36,799 nt of DNA, taken from IMG/VR virus record IMGVR_UViG_3300020045_004753, positions 1 to 36,799 of that record. One strand, written 5' to 3'. Position 1 is the stretch's first letter; each line of letters opens with the position of its first letter. Shown here piece after piece: positions 7,587-16,690 of the stretch. The position numbers and the translations under genes are program-made. The notes below the pieces were generated by a model that was not told where the DNA came from, did not search any database, and worked only from the letters and a program-made list of their open reading frames with translations. The DNA is from a virus. Its lineage: Duplodnaviria; Caudoviricetes.

Positions 7587-7825
7587 CCATCCGCGCGGCT
7601 ACTTGGGCATACCTGGACACTCTCGGCCCTTGCGTCATTTCCGGCTGGGGCCTCACCGACCACGTTAGTCGAGTGACCGGCGTTCGGGTTTATCCGTCGT
7701 CTGTGCTCAAGGCCGCGCATCGTTACGCCGACACATCCGGGGCGATCTTTCGGTGTATCAGCAACCGGACAAGCCGGTATCAGTTCGTACCGGGCGTTAA
7801 GGTGTCCGGGGCGATAATCGATTAG
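7583..7825 (+). CDS. Hypothetical protein (possible winged helix)
   Basis: ATGA overlap. Confidence 0.55.
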   Translation: MTIRAATWAYLDTLGPCVISGWGLTDHVSRVTGVRVYPSSVLKAAHRYADTSGAIFRCISNRTSRYQFVPGVKVSGAIID

Positions 7826-7835
7826 GGAGGAAATA

Positions 7836-7982
7836 ATGAACATTTCTAAAGGTGTAACCGGATTTATTCTCTGTTTGTGGACATGGATAATTATATCTAA
7901 TAGGTCAAAGGGCAACCCAATACCGCAATGGGCGACCATACTTCATGCTCTGGCGTTTGCCGCTTTTGTGTCGGTGTGGTAA
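7836..7982 (+). CDS. 48-aa two-TM membrane peptide, not in ORF track
   Basis: GGGAGG RBS; MNISKGVTGFILCLWTWIII...WATILHALAFAAFVSVW*. Confidence 0.6.
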   Translation: MNISKGVTGFILCLWTWIIISNRSKGNPIPQWATILHALAFAAFVSVW

Positions 7983-8198
7983 ATGGAAGTACACGGCATT
8001 TTATGTGCTCCGGGAATATACAAGTTTGAAGGCTGTACTTTTGAATACGGCATGTGTGGGCCGTGGCCCATTCGCAAGGACGGTGAACTATTCAAACGTG
8101 CTGGAGATAAGTTTTATGCCATGTTTGGAAGATGGTGTGATCTACCTGAAGACGAACGGGAATCGTACCGAATCGGCGGCGGGTGTAGGCAATTCTAA
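7983..8198 (+). CDS. Hypothetical protein
   Basis: Abuts previous stop; GPWPIRKDGE motif. Confidence 0.65.
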   Translation: MEVHGILCAPGIYKFEGCTFEYGMCGPWPIRKDGELFKRAGDKFYAMFGRWCDLPEDERESYRIGGGCRQF

Positions 8199-8209
8199 GG
8201 GGGGTAAAC

Positions 8210-8392
8210 GTGAAACACCAAATATTGAATTGGTTTCCATTTTGGAAAGGGTTCGGCTTTCAGCGTTTTGAAAAACCCTTGTATGGGTGTATCGCATGGT
8301 CATTACACCTTGGGTACATAGAGGTTAGAAAGTGGGCAATGGATTTGCCAAAAATGAAACACGAACAGCCCGCGCCGCCTATAATTGATTGA
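8210..8392 (+). CDS. Hypothetical protein
   Basis: G-rich RBS, GTG start. Confidence 0.55.
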   Translation: MKHQILNWFPFWKGFGFQRFEKPLYGCIAWSLHLGYIEVRKWAMDLPKMKHEQPAPPIID

Positions 8393-8417
8393 CGCGGCGG
8401 GCGTTATGGTGTATAGT
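8389..8417 (+). promoter_or_regulatory. Sigma70-type promoter of the replication operon
   Basis: TTGACG, 17-nt spacer, TATAGT. Confidence 0.7.
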
Positions 8418-8446
8418 ATGGGTAGCCTTTCGCGGGGCGTTGAAAT

Positions 8447-8542
8447 GAGGTAGAGTCAAGAAGGCTTCGGTCTTCTGGGAACCATGGCGAGCGACTACCT
8501 CCGCTTTTCATGGACGCGATCCCGGAAGTCCGAAGCCTTTTT
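8447..8542 (+). ncRNA. Structured leader RNA, C4/CI-like antisense architecture
   Basis: About 22-bp stem 8458-8480/8520-8542; inner hairpin loop CTACCTC (8495-8501) complementary to upstream GAGGTAG (8447-8453). Confidence 0.65.
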
Positions 8543-8560
8543 CATTATGGGGGGTATGTT

Positions 8561-8755
8561 TTGTCTAACGATGAAATAGGGTTTACCGCATGGGACGTAT
8601 CGGCTACCAGCGGAATGTGCGGGGCTGATATTACTGATGATTTTATACATTCACTCGATAATATTGAAATCGGTTACTTTTTTGAAAGTATAGACAATGC
8701 AAGAAAGATGGTTAAAAAGGAAATAGCGAAAAGGAAGGCGGCTAGAAATGGCTAG
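8561..8755 (+). CDS. Hypothetical protein
   Basis: TTG start after GGGGGG; in frame with ORF 8510, whose ATG is buried in the hairpin. Confidence 0.5.
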   Translation: MSNDEIGFTAWDVSATSGMCGADITDDFIHSLDNIEIGYFFESIDNARKMVKKEIAKRKAARNG

Positions 8756-9578
8756 ACCAATAAAGCAAGGCCTAGACTATTTTCCGCTTGATACAAACAT
8801 GGATGACAACTTTGAACTTATAGAAGCGAAGTATGGCCTTGAAGGATTCGGGGTACTTATCAAGTTGTATCAGCGCGCATACAAGGAATGCGGGTACTAT
8901 TATCCGTGGACAGAGAAAGAGCAATTACTATTTTCTAAGCGAGTAAATGTTAGCAATAACACGGTTAATAACATCATTATTGACGCAGTAACTTATGGCA
9001 TATTTGATAAGCGTCTTTATGATTTAGGTATACTCACGTCGCACGGAATGCAAAAAAGATACATCGAAGCCACAATTCGACGTCGAGAGATAACTATGTA
9101 TTTAGACCTTTTGTTAATAAATGTAGACGATATTCCGGTAAATGTAGGCAAAAACCCACGTAAAATAACACTCATTGAATACAGTAATACACAAAAGAAA
9201 GGAAATGAAATGAAATTAAATGAAAGAGAAAGTAAAGCAGTAACTGCGTTACCTTCATCACCAAAAAAAGAGATTAAAAAACACAGTGAAGAGTTTGACG
9301 TATTCTGGTCCCTCTACCCTAAGAAAGTATCTAAGGGACAAGCAGAGAAAACATACGGGGCAATGATGAAGCGAGGGGTAGAGGCTGACTCTATACTTTC
9401 TTGCCTTCAAAACTATCTCGACGAGATCCGAAAGACGGGGAAGGAATACCAGTTTATCAAGAACCCGTCGACCTTTCTAAACAATTATCTTGACTACGAG
9501 AACCCGGTGCCGGTCGCTGATCGTGGTGGGCCGCTTAGGGTTCATACACAGACGGCTATGCTTGATTTGGAGGAGTGA
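8748..9578 (+). CDS. Phage replication initiator (DUF4373 / Lin1244-like N-terminus)
   Basis: MARPIKQGLDYFPLD, ILTSHGMQKRY, FDVFWSLYPKK, PSTFLN; precedes the loader gene. Confidence 0.8.
   Translation: MARPIKQGLDYFPLDTNMDDNFELIEAKYGLEGFGVLIKLYQRAYKECGYYYPWTEKEQLLFSKRVNVSNNTVNNIIIDAVTYGIFDKRLYDLGILTSHGMQKRYIEATIRRREITMYLDLLLINVDDIPVNVGKNPRKITLIEYSNTQKKGNEMKLNERESKAVTALPSSPKKEIKKHSEEFDVFWSLYPKKVSKGQAEKTYGAMMKRGVEADSILSCLQNYLDEIRKTGKEYQFIKNPSTFLNNYLDYENPVPVADRGGPLRVHTQTAMLDLEE
9118..9235. other. Candidate replication origin inside the initiator gene
   Basis: TAAATGTAG at 9118 and 9139 (21-bp spacing) followed by an A-rich GAAAT-repeat tract. Confidence 0.4.
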
Positions 9579-10300
9579 GGATGCCTGGTAAATGCGAGCA
9601 GCACGGAGAGTATGATCTCATCCCTGGACTTGAAGGACGCATGGTTGACTTCGGCTGTCCTCAATGTGCTGAGGAGCGAATAGCCAAACACGACGCTCAC
9701 GCACAAGAGGAGTACGACCGAAGCCGCATAGCGAAGCTCAGAGAGATGAACATCGAGCCCGCATACTTTGACGTAACTTTCGACAACTTCAAAACGGACA
9801 CCCCTGATCTTGAACACAACAAGAGCCGGGTCCGGTCGATGGTTGACGGCCGCGTGGGTAAAATCATTATGACCGGCAAGAACGGGACGGGGAAGACTCA
9901 CCTCGCAATCGCAGCGCTTAAGATACTTACCGGCCGGATAATGACCATGTACGAGATATCAACCACGATACGCGCGTCATACACGCCACTTGCGAGTAAG
10001 ACGGAACTGGCAATAGTGGACGAGCTTGCGCGGTACCCTCTTTTTGTAATCGACGAGATAGGGAGGACGAAGGGGGGAGATTCGGAGGCGAATTGGTTAT
10101 CGTATATCGTGGACAAACGTCACACTCGCGGGCTTCCGTTGATCCTGATATCGAACAAGCACACGCGGAAGGACTGCATGGTTAAGGATGGGTGCGCGAA
10201 TTGCCTGGAGAATTACGTTGGAGAAGACATTATGTCGAGGCTATCTGAAGGCGGGGTATTACTCCGGTTCACCGGGGAAGACTACAGGAGGAAAAGGTAA
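9575..10300 (+). CDS. DnaC/IstB-like AAA+ helicase loader
   Basis: Walker A GKNGTGKT, Walker B FVIDEIG, ISN, SRL, GEDYR. Confidence 0.9.
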   Translation: MRMPGKCEQHGEYDLIPGLEGRMVDFGCPQCAEERIAKHDAHAQEEYDRSRIAKLREMNIEPAYFDVTFDNFKTDTPDLEHNKSRVRSMVDGRVGKIIMTGKNGTGKTHLAIAALKILTGRIMTMYEISTTIRASYTPLASKTELAIVDELARYPLFVIDEIGRTKGGDSEANWLSYIVDKRHTRGLPLILISNKHTRKDCMVKDGCANCLENYVGEDIMSRLSEGGVLLRFTGEDYRRKR

Positions 10301-10608
10301 TGGAAGGCGTAAATCTGGTAAACAGTAAAGGCGAGGATGTGTTTATCCCGTTTCATGCGATCGATCGTATAACTATAGAGCCAAATACCGAATGGGCCTA
10401 TTCAGAGAAAGGATGGCTCCAAAGGGTATTTGGCGGTCATCACGATTGGGAAAAAACAGGTAAATGGGACCTAAAGATTGAAACCATCGGTGATAACATA
10501 GGCCGAATTATATTCGACACAAAAGAGTCAGCCAACAAAATGCTTGAAAAAATCAAGTCGGCTCCTTCGATGGAAATAACAATAAACAAAATAACAGTAA
10601 AGGAGTAA
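10300..10608 (+). CDS. Hypothetical protein
   Basis: TAATG overlap. Confidence 0.65.
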   Translation: MEGVNLVNSKGEDVFIPFHAIDRITIEPNTEWAYSEKGWLQRVFGGHHDWEKTGKWDLKIETIGDNIGRIIFDTKESANKMLEKIKSAPSMEITINKITVKE

Positions 10609-10612
10609 CCCT

Positions 10613-11125
10613 ATGAACAAGGAACAGGAAGGGAAGTTTGAGAGGTGGAATGATTCAGTGCTTGGGCAGCCAAATAGCGATTACATAATGAAAAAAATGG
10701 CGTGGGCTGCATGCCTCGTCGCCAACGGTATCAACACGGAGGAACCAGTGAAGGATAAAACCACCGCCGTCCCTGAGTGTGTTATCGAGATGATGAGGAC
10801 GGGGAAGGCGGTACCGTGTGTTGCATGGTCTATAGACACCAATAAGCAATACGTCCAAATAACAGGGTATGATATTAATGACGAGTTTCCTTTTATCGGT
10901 GTAGACGAGAATGGGTCATACAACAGATGGGAACACGCCGAACCCATCCCCGCATGGCAGCCCCAAGACGGCGAGGCGGTGCTTACTCCTGTTATGGGCT
11001 ATGCAGAGATAGGGTATGTCAGGAGTGGGAATGTTTTGGTTCGTACACACAAAATGCCAATAGAAGAGGCTGAGTGTAAGCCGTTGGACGAATCAAAACT
11101 TGGATGGCTATGGTCCGAGATATGA
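10613..11125 (+). CDS. Hypothetical protein
   Basis: AAGGAG RBS. Confidence 0.65.
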   Translation: MNKEQEGKFERWNDSVLGQPNSDYIMKKMAWAACLVANGINTEEPVKDKTTAVPECVIEMMRTGKAVPCVAWSIDTNKQYVQITGYDINDEFPFIGVDENGSYNRWEHAEPIPAWQPQDGEAVLTPVMGYAEIGYVRSGNVLVRTHKMPIEEAECKPLDESKLGWLWSEI

Positions 11126-11187
11126 CAAACCAGGGGAGAAAGGAGTATACTGAATCATGAGCGAGTGGATAAGCGGAGGCGTAAACA

Positions 11188-11598
11188 GTGAAAGACAAGA
11201 ACTCTAAAGACAAGCAAGACACTACGGGAGATAAAAAGAAGGGCCGAGGTCAACCTCCATACTATGAAACTCCAGAAGAACTAGACAAAGCTATCGGAAA
11301 GTTTTTTACTGATAGGTCCGAAGCGGGAAAGCCTCCGACTCAAGCCGGGCTTGCTCTTTACCTTGGTTTTGAGTCTCGGCAATCGTTATGGGATTACAAA
11401 ACTAGAAAGGATTTCTCTTACGTAATAAAAAAGGCGCTGCTAATGATTGAGGATTTTCACGAAGGGAGATTGATGCTATCACAATGCACAGGTTCTATTG
11501 TGTGGCTTAATGCATGGGCTGGGTATGCTCAGAAGATAGAGCAAAAGCATACAGGATCGTTTAGAATGGTGGCGTCGGACGTAGACGAGAAGTTATGA
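11188..11598 (+). CDS. Terminase small subunit
   Basis: GQPPYYETPEEL, PPTQAGLALYLGF.SRQSLWDY; directly upstream of TerL. Confidence 0.85.
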   Translation: MKDKNSKDKQDTTGDKKKGRGQPPYYETPEELDKAIGKFFTDRSEAGKPPTQAGLALYLGFESRQSLWDYKTRKDFSYVIKKALLMIEDFHEGRLMLSQCTGSIVWLNAWAGYAQKIEQKHTGSFRMVASDVDEKL

Positions 11599-12920
11599 AG
11601 TTAACGCCAAAGCAAGAAGAAGCGCAAAAAGTAATTGCAGGAGATGCGACGCATATTCTTCTTGTGGGAGGTTCAAGGTCGGGTAAGACGTTTTTGTTTG
11701 TGCGAAACTTAGTTATGAGGGCAGCAAAGGCACCAGGATCAAGACACGCGATCTTTAGGTTTAGGCTTAACCACTTGATAGCGTCAATCTTTCTTGATAC
11801 TTATCCCAAAGTAATGAAGACGTGTTTCCCTTTTATCAATTATGACATTCACGGGCAAGAGAAATACGTAACGCTCGACAACGATTCAGAAATATGGTTC
11901 GCTGGCCTTGATGACAAGGATAGGACAGAAAAAATACTCGGCATGGAGTTCGCTACATTATACTTCAACGAATGTAGTCAAATACCATATAACTCTGTTT
12001 TGATGGCAAAGACGCGATTGTCTCAAAAGGTTAATCAGGTTATAGAAGGTCGGCCAAATACTGAGCTTAAGCTAAGAGCATATTATGATGAAAACCCGCC
12101 TTCTAAAAATCATTGGACATACAGACAATTTATAGAAAAAATAGACACAGAAACAAAAATAAAACTAGAAAACCCAGACGACTATGCTTCGTTCTTTATG
12201 AACCCCATCGACAACATAGACAATTTGTCTGATGGGTACATAAAGCAATTGCAATCAATGCCAGCCAGGATGAGGACACGGTTTCTTGATGGGCGCTTTG
12301 CAGATGCCACGCCTAACGCTTTATTCCCAGATGAAAATATAGACAAGTGGAGAGTTATAGACGGGGCCGTGCCTGATTTTGTTCGTGTGGTTATAGCTGT
12401 AGATCCTAGCGGATCGGATGATATTGATAATGCAGACAATGACGAAATAGGGATAGTTGTGGTTGCTTTAGGAACAGATGGGAACGCGTATGTTCTTGAA
12501 GACGATACCGTAAAGGCTGGTCCTGGGACATGGGGCAGGGTTGCAACGGGTGCGTATGACAGGCACGCCGGAGACTGCATAGTCGGAGAAACAAACTTCG
12601 GCGGCGCAATGGTTCAGCAAACAATACAGGTTGCACGACCTCGTACGCCATTCAAGGGTGTTACGGCAAGTCGTGGAAAAGCAGTTAGAGCAGAGCCTTT
12701 TTCTGCATTGTACGAGCAAGGGAAGGTCCGCCACGTGGGTAGATTTGTCGAAATGGAGGAAGAGCTTGCGGGATTCTCAAGTGTGGGTTATATTGGTGGC
12801 AAGTCTCCGAACCGTGCAGATGCATTGATATGGGGGCTTGCTGAGTTGTTCCCGGCCATTGTGAAGGCACAGAAAGAGAAAGTTTTCGCTTCTGTAATGC
12901 CGATCGCTAATAGGTGGTAA
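11595..12920 (+). CDS. Terminase large subunit
   Basis: LTPKQ, GGSRSGKT, YFNE, DENP, nuclease VAVDPS, SPNRADA. Confidence 0.95.
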   Translation: MKLTPKQEEAQKVIAGDATHILLVGGSRSGKTFLFVRNLVMRAAKAPGSRHAIFRFRLNHLIASIFLDTYPKVMKTCFPFINYDIHGQEKYVTLDNDSEIWFAGLDDKDRTEKILGMEFATLYFNECSQIPYNSVLMAKTRLSQKVNQVIEGRPNTELKLRAYYDENPPSKNHWTYRQFIEKIDTETKIKLENPDDYASFFMNPIDNIDNLSDGYIKQLQSMPARMRTRFLDGRFADATPNALFPDENIDKWRVIDGAVPDFVRVVIAVDPSGSDDIDNADNDEIGIVVVALGTDGNAYVLEDDTVKAGPGTWGRVATGAYDRHAGDCIVGETNFGGAMVQQTIQVARPRTPFKGVTASRGKAVRAEPFSALYEQGKVRHVGRFVEMEEELAGFSSVGYIGGKSPNRADALIWGLAELFPAIVKAQKEKVFASVMPIANRW

Positions 12921-12921
12921 G

Positions 12922-13278
12922 ATGATCGTCTATCACTGGAGCCCGACAAAAAACAGAAACAGCATACTAAAAAACGGCTTAACTGTATTAAGCGGAAACG
13001 CGATAGAATATGAAAACCCGGTAACTGGTAAGAATGAGACGTGGATACCGCCATATATATGCACGTCGCCGGATGCGTGGAAGGCTTACGTTTATGTAAC
13101 GCCGATGTTTAGAGGTGACGATCTACCAGCGCTTGATTTATATCAGGTTACGCTAACAGAAAAAGACGATTGCATATTTAGGAATGACAGGACCATTGAA
13201 ATCATAGAGGTTAGGGTGCTAAACTCTATACCGGCTGATAGGGTGAAATATATTGCGACAAGAGAAAGTGAATATTAG
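12922..13278 (+). CDS. Putative ADP-ribosyltransferase-fold protein (Tpt1/KptA C-domain-like pattern)
   Basis: YHWS...NRNSILKNGL...YICTS.D...A...LYQV...E.....IPADRV. Confidence 0.55.
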   Translation: MIVYHWSPTKNRNSILKNGLTVLSGNAIEYENPVTGKNETWIPPYICTSPDAWKAYVYVTPMFRGDDLPALDLYQVTLTEKDDCIFRNDRTIEIIEVRVLNSIPADRVKYIATRESEY

Positions 13279-13287
13279 GAGCTGAAT

Positions 13288-13332
13288 ATGGGATGCAAGA
13301 AAGGTGGAAAGCGCAAAGGCGGAAAAAAGTAA
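13288..13332 (+). CDS. 14-aa basic micropeptide MGCKKGGKRKGGKK
   Basis: AGGAG RBS; stop abuts portal ATG. Confidence 0.55.
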   Translation: MGCKKGGKRKGGKK

Positions 13333-15366
13333 ATGCCCAAGCTAACGAACGATGAACGCTTAGCCAGGATACACGCCGAAGCTATGCTTCAGTTTGACCG
13401 CATACAAGAATCCATGAGAGACGAGCGCAGACAATGCCTTGAGGATCGCCGATTCTACTCCATAGCCGGAGCGCAGTGGGAAGGAAATCTCGGCGAGCAG
13501 TTTGAAAACAAGCCGAAGTTTGAAGTTAATAAAATCATGCTTGCCATTATCCGCATATTTAATGAATACCGAAACAACCGTATATCTGCTAATTTTATTT
13601 CGAAAGATGGTGACATGGACGACGAACTATCCGACGCTTGCGATGGTTTGTTTCGAGCTGATGAATATGACTCAAGCGCAGAAGAGGCATACGATAACGC
13701 ATTTGAAGAGGCGGTAGGCGGTGGGTTCGGTGCGTTCCGTTTGTGCAACGAGTATGAAGACGAATACGATCCCGACGATGACCGGCAACGTATCCGCATA
13801 GAACCAATATACGACGCCGATACATCAGTATGGTTTGACCTGGACGCTAAGAGGCAGGACAAGTCCGATGCAAAGCATTGTTTTGTAGTGTATTCGAAAA
13901 CGAAAGACGCGTTTGAAAACGAATACGACGAAGCGCCATCGTCGCTAATGGACGATACCAAGAAAACGGAGTTTGATTGGTTTACCCCTGACGTCGTGTA
14001 TATAGCCGAGTATTACCAGGTTGAAGACAAGGGCCGGTGGCGCGTAACGTATCAAGGCACGTCGGGCGATGAAGTCAAGCTATGGGATGACGACATAACG
14101 CCGGAAAAGCTCGCAGAGCTAACTGCGACCGGGTACAAAGAGATTAGGCGCAAAAGAGTCAAGACTCGGGCTGTACACAAGTACATTCTTTCGGGCAATT
14201 CGGTTTTGGAGGACTTGGGATTTATTGCCGGTGAAAACATCCCCATCATTCCGGTTTACGGCAAGCGTTGGTTTATTGATAACGTCGAGCGGTGCATGGG
14301 GCATGTTCGGCTTACGAAAGACGTACAGCGCATTTTTAACATGCAGATATCAAAGCTTGGCGAGATCAGCGCAATGTCGCCTTTGTCTAAGCCTATATTT
14401 ACACCGGAGCAAATAAAAAACCATGAGCAATCGTGGGCTAATGACAACATGAAGAACTTTGCGTATTTGCTTCTTAATCCTATTACCGGCGCTGACGGAA
14501 ACCCGATGCCAGCCGGTCCAATGGCATACACGAAACCGCCGGAGATCCCGCAAGCTAACGCGGCGTTGATGACGATTACTGATATTTCGCTCAAGGAAAT
14601 GCTAGGCAACCAGCAAGAAGCCGACAAGATGGTATCGAACATTTCCGGCAAAGCGGTTGAAGCGATTCAAACGCGTCTCGACATGCAGACGTATATTTAT
14701 ATATCGAACTTTTCGAAAGCTATTCGGCGTGCGGCCGAGGTGTGGCTGTCCATGGCGAAGGACATATATGTCGAGCCCGGGCGCAAGATGAAAACTATTG
14801 GTGTTGGTGAAGAGGTCGGGACGGTCGAGCTTGAGACAGTAGCAAAAGACAAGACCGGGAAACTTATCAAAGGTAATGACCTATCGCGCGCCGTGTTCGA
14901 CGTGTCGGTAACGGTGGGGCCTTCGTCTACTTCTAGGCGTGAGGCAACGGTTCGGTCGCTTACGAACATACTTGCGTTCGTGCCTCAGGAAGACATGGAA
15001 GCGCGCCAGGTTCTTCTTGGCATGATTATGAAAAACATCGAAGGCGAAGGTTTAGCAAGCGTCAACGAGTTCTTCCGAAAGCGACTTGTTAGGATGGGGG
15101 CTGAAAAGCCGACCGACGAAGAGGCGAAGGTGCTAGCAGTATCAGCGCAAAAGCCCGACCCGCAGACGGAAGCTTTGATGGCCATGGCGGAAGAGGCAAG
15201 CGCTAACGCGGTGAAAGCTAGGGCAAGCGTGTTGAAGACTGTCGCCGACGTTGAATTGACCAAGGCTAAAACGATAGAGACGCTTGCAAATGTTGATATG
15301 GATACCAGTGAAAGGGCGATTCAGATAGCCGAGTCGGTTACTCCGCAAGCGCAAGGTCTTGTATAA
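13333..15366 (+). CDS. Portal protein, P22 gp1-like
   Basis: 677 aa; GAQW, GGGFGAFR, IPIIPVYG, SNISGKAV, VTVGPS..SRR. Confidence 0.93.
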   Translation: MPKLTNDERLARIHAEAMLQFDRIQESMRDERRQCLEDRRFYSIAGAQWEGNLGEQFENKPKFEVNKIMLAIIRIFNEYRNNRISANFISKDGDMDDELSDACDGLFRADEYDSSAEEAYDNAFEEAVGGGFGAFRLCNEYEDEYDPDDDRQRIRIEPIYDADTSVWFDLDAKRQDKSDAKHCFVVYSKTKDAFENEYDEAPSSLMDDTKKTEFDWFTPDVVYIAEYYQVEDKGRWRVTYQGTSGDEVKLWDDDITPEKLAELTATGYKEIRRKRVKTRAVHKYILSGNSVLEDLGFIAGENIPIIPVYGKRWFIDNVERCMGHVRLTKDVQRIFNMQISKLGEISAMSPLSKPIFTPEQIKNHEQSWANDNMKNFAYLLLNPITGADGNPMPAGPMAYTKPPEIPQANAALMTITDISLKEMLGNQQEADKMVSNISGKAVEAIQTRLDMQTYIYISNFSKAIRRAAEVWLSMAKDIYVEPGRKMKTIGVGEEVGTVELETVAKDKTGKLIKGNDLSRAVFDVSVTVGPSSTSRREATVRSLTNILAFVPQEDMEARQVLLGMIMKNIEGEGLASVNEFFRKRLVRMGAEKPTDEEAKVLAVSAQKPDPQTEALMAMAEEASANAVKARASVLKTVADVELTKAKTIETLANVDMDTSERAIQIAESVTPQAQGLV

Positions 15367-15377
15367 AAGGGCCAACA

Positions 15378-15653
15378 GTGTATGATGATTTTGCAGAAAG
15401 CTATTGTGATTCAAGGGCCGAAGCAAAAAGTATGTTTGGAAAAAGTGGTGGGGATCGGTGGGATCAATCTCATAAGGGGGAAGACTTACGGCTAATAAGC
15501 CTGGATGGGTGTATAAAAATTGATAATAGCGATGTAACCTTAAACAAATTAAGAGAAGATGCGGACAAAACCGGAGATTATACAAATGTAATAAAATATG
15601 TACGAAACAAGAAAAATAATAATGGCGATAGTTGGTGGCTGAAAAACGCATGA
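15378..15653 (+). CDS. Small protein carrying a copy of the scaffold C-terminal motif
   Basis: DVTLNKLREDADKTGDYTNVIKY; start uncertain. Confidence 0.55.
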   Translation: MYDDFAESYCDSRAEAKSMFGKSGGDRWDQSHKGEDLRLISLDGCIKIDNSDVTLNKLREDADKTGDYTNVIKYVRNKKNNNGDSWWLKNA

Positions 15654-15706
15654 AGTAAGACGCTACCCGCTCGGGCGTATAAATGCGAGTGAGGAAAGGT
15701 TAAGGA

Positions 15707-16570
15707 ATGGCGGAAGATATTGGCGAGGTGGTAGAGATTCCGGCGGTTGATGAAGTCGGAAGCGGTGAAAATGGCCAGGATGCAGTAGCGGAAGCTATTG
15801 TTGTATCCATTGGTGACGAGCAAATAAATGCAAAACCAGAAGAGCCGAGCGAAGAGGAGGTAAAAAAGGCCGCGCCGTGGATTAGAAACTTGCGTACAAA
15901 CTATGAAGATAAAGCTAAAAAGGTACGAAATCTTGAAGAAGAACTGAGAGAAACAAAACGTAAATTAAACGAGCTAGCCCCAAAAAAAGAACTAGAGCTA
16001 GGTCCGGAGCCGACTCTTGAAGATCCTGATATTGACTTCGATACGGAAAAGTTTAAAAAGAAAATGGTTGCATACATGAAGCAGGAGCAAGAAGTAAACG
16101 TAAAGAAAGCCGAAGTAGAACAAAACGCACGCAAAGAACAGGAAAAGTGGGCTGCAAAATTGGCGTCATACCAAAAGGCGCGGGAAGAAATAAAAGTCGA
16201 CGACTTTGAAAACGCCGAGTCCGCGGTATCGGACTTGCTAAATCAAACGCAGCGCGGTATAATTATCCACGGGGCCAAAGATCCGGCACTTGTCGTCTAT
16301 GCGCTTGGTAAAAGTCCAGCAAAGGCGAAAGAGATTGCCGCGATAAATGATCCCATTGAGTTTGCGTTTGCAATTGCGAGACTGGAGGCGCAGGTGAAGG
16401 TAGAGAAAAAGCCCGTCGTTAGCCCGGAGCGAAGAGTAACGGGCAACGCGGGCCTTTCCAGTGTGACTGACAACACTCTTGAGAGACTCCGAGAGGAAGC
16501 GTCAAAAACCAGCGACTACTCGAAAGTAAATGCATACAAAAAGCAATTTCGCGAAAAGCGCGGAGCGTAA
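15707..16570 (+). CDS. Capsid scaffolding protein
   Basis: Between portal and coat; acidic N-terminus, coiled coil, ALVVYALGK. Confidence 0.85.
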   Translation: MAEDIGEVVEIPAVDEVGSGENGQDAVAEAIVVSIGDEQINAKPEEPSEEEVKKAAPWIRNLRTNYEDKAKKVRNLEEELRETKRKLNELAPKKELELGPEPTLEDPDIDFDTEKFKKKMVAYMKQEQEVNVKKAEVEQNARKEQEKWAAKLASYQKAREEIKVDDFENAESAVSDLLNQTQRGIIIHGAKDPALVVYALGKSPAKAKEIAAINDPIEFAFAIARLEAQVKVEKKPVVSPERRVTGNAGLSSVTDNTLERLREEASKTSDYSKVNAYKKQFREKRGA

Positions 16571-16690
16571 GTACATAAAGGGACGCCGTACCTCAATTCG
16601 GTAGTTGTTGGCCATCCGTCCGGCCTAAAGGATGAGAGTTCTATAATCGGTATTTGACCGGTTGATTCTCAATTTTTAGGAGGGCCTAAG

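Noticed and set aside
11122-11151. Late promoter ATGACA-18-TATACT
   Set aside because: Plausible, but the -35 is imperfect and there is no other support
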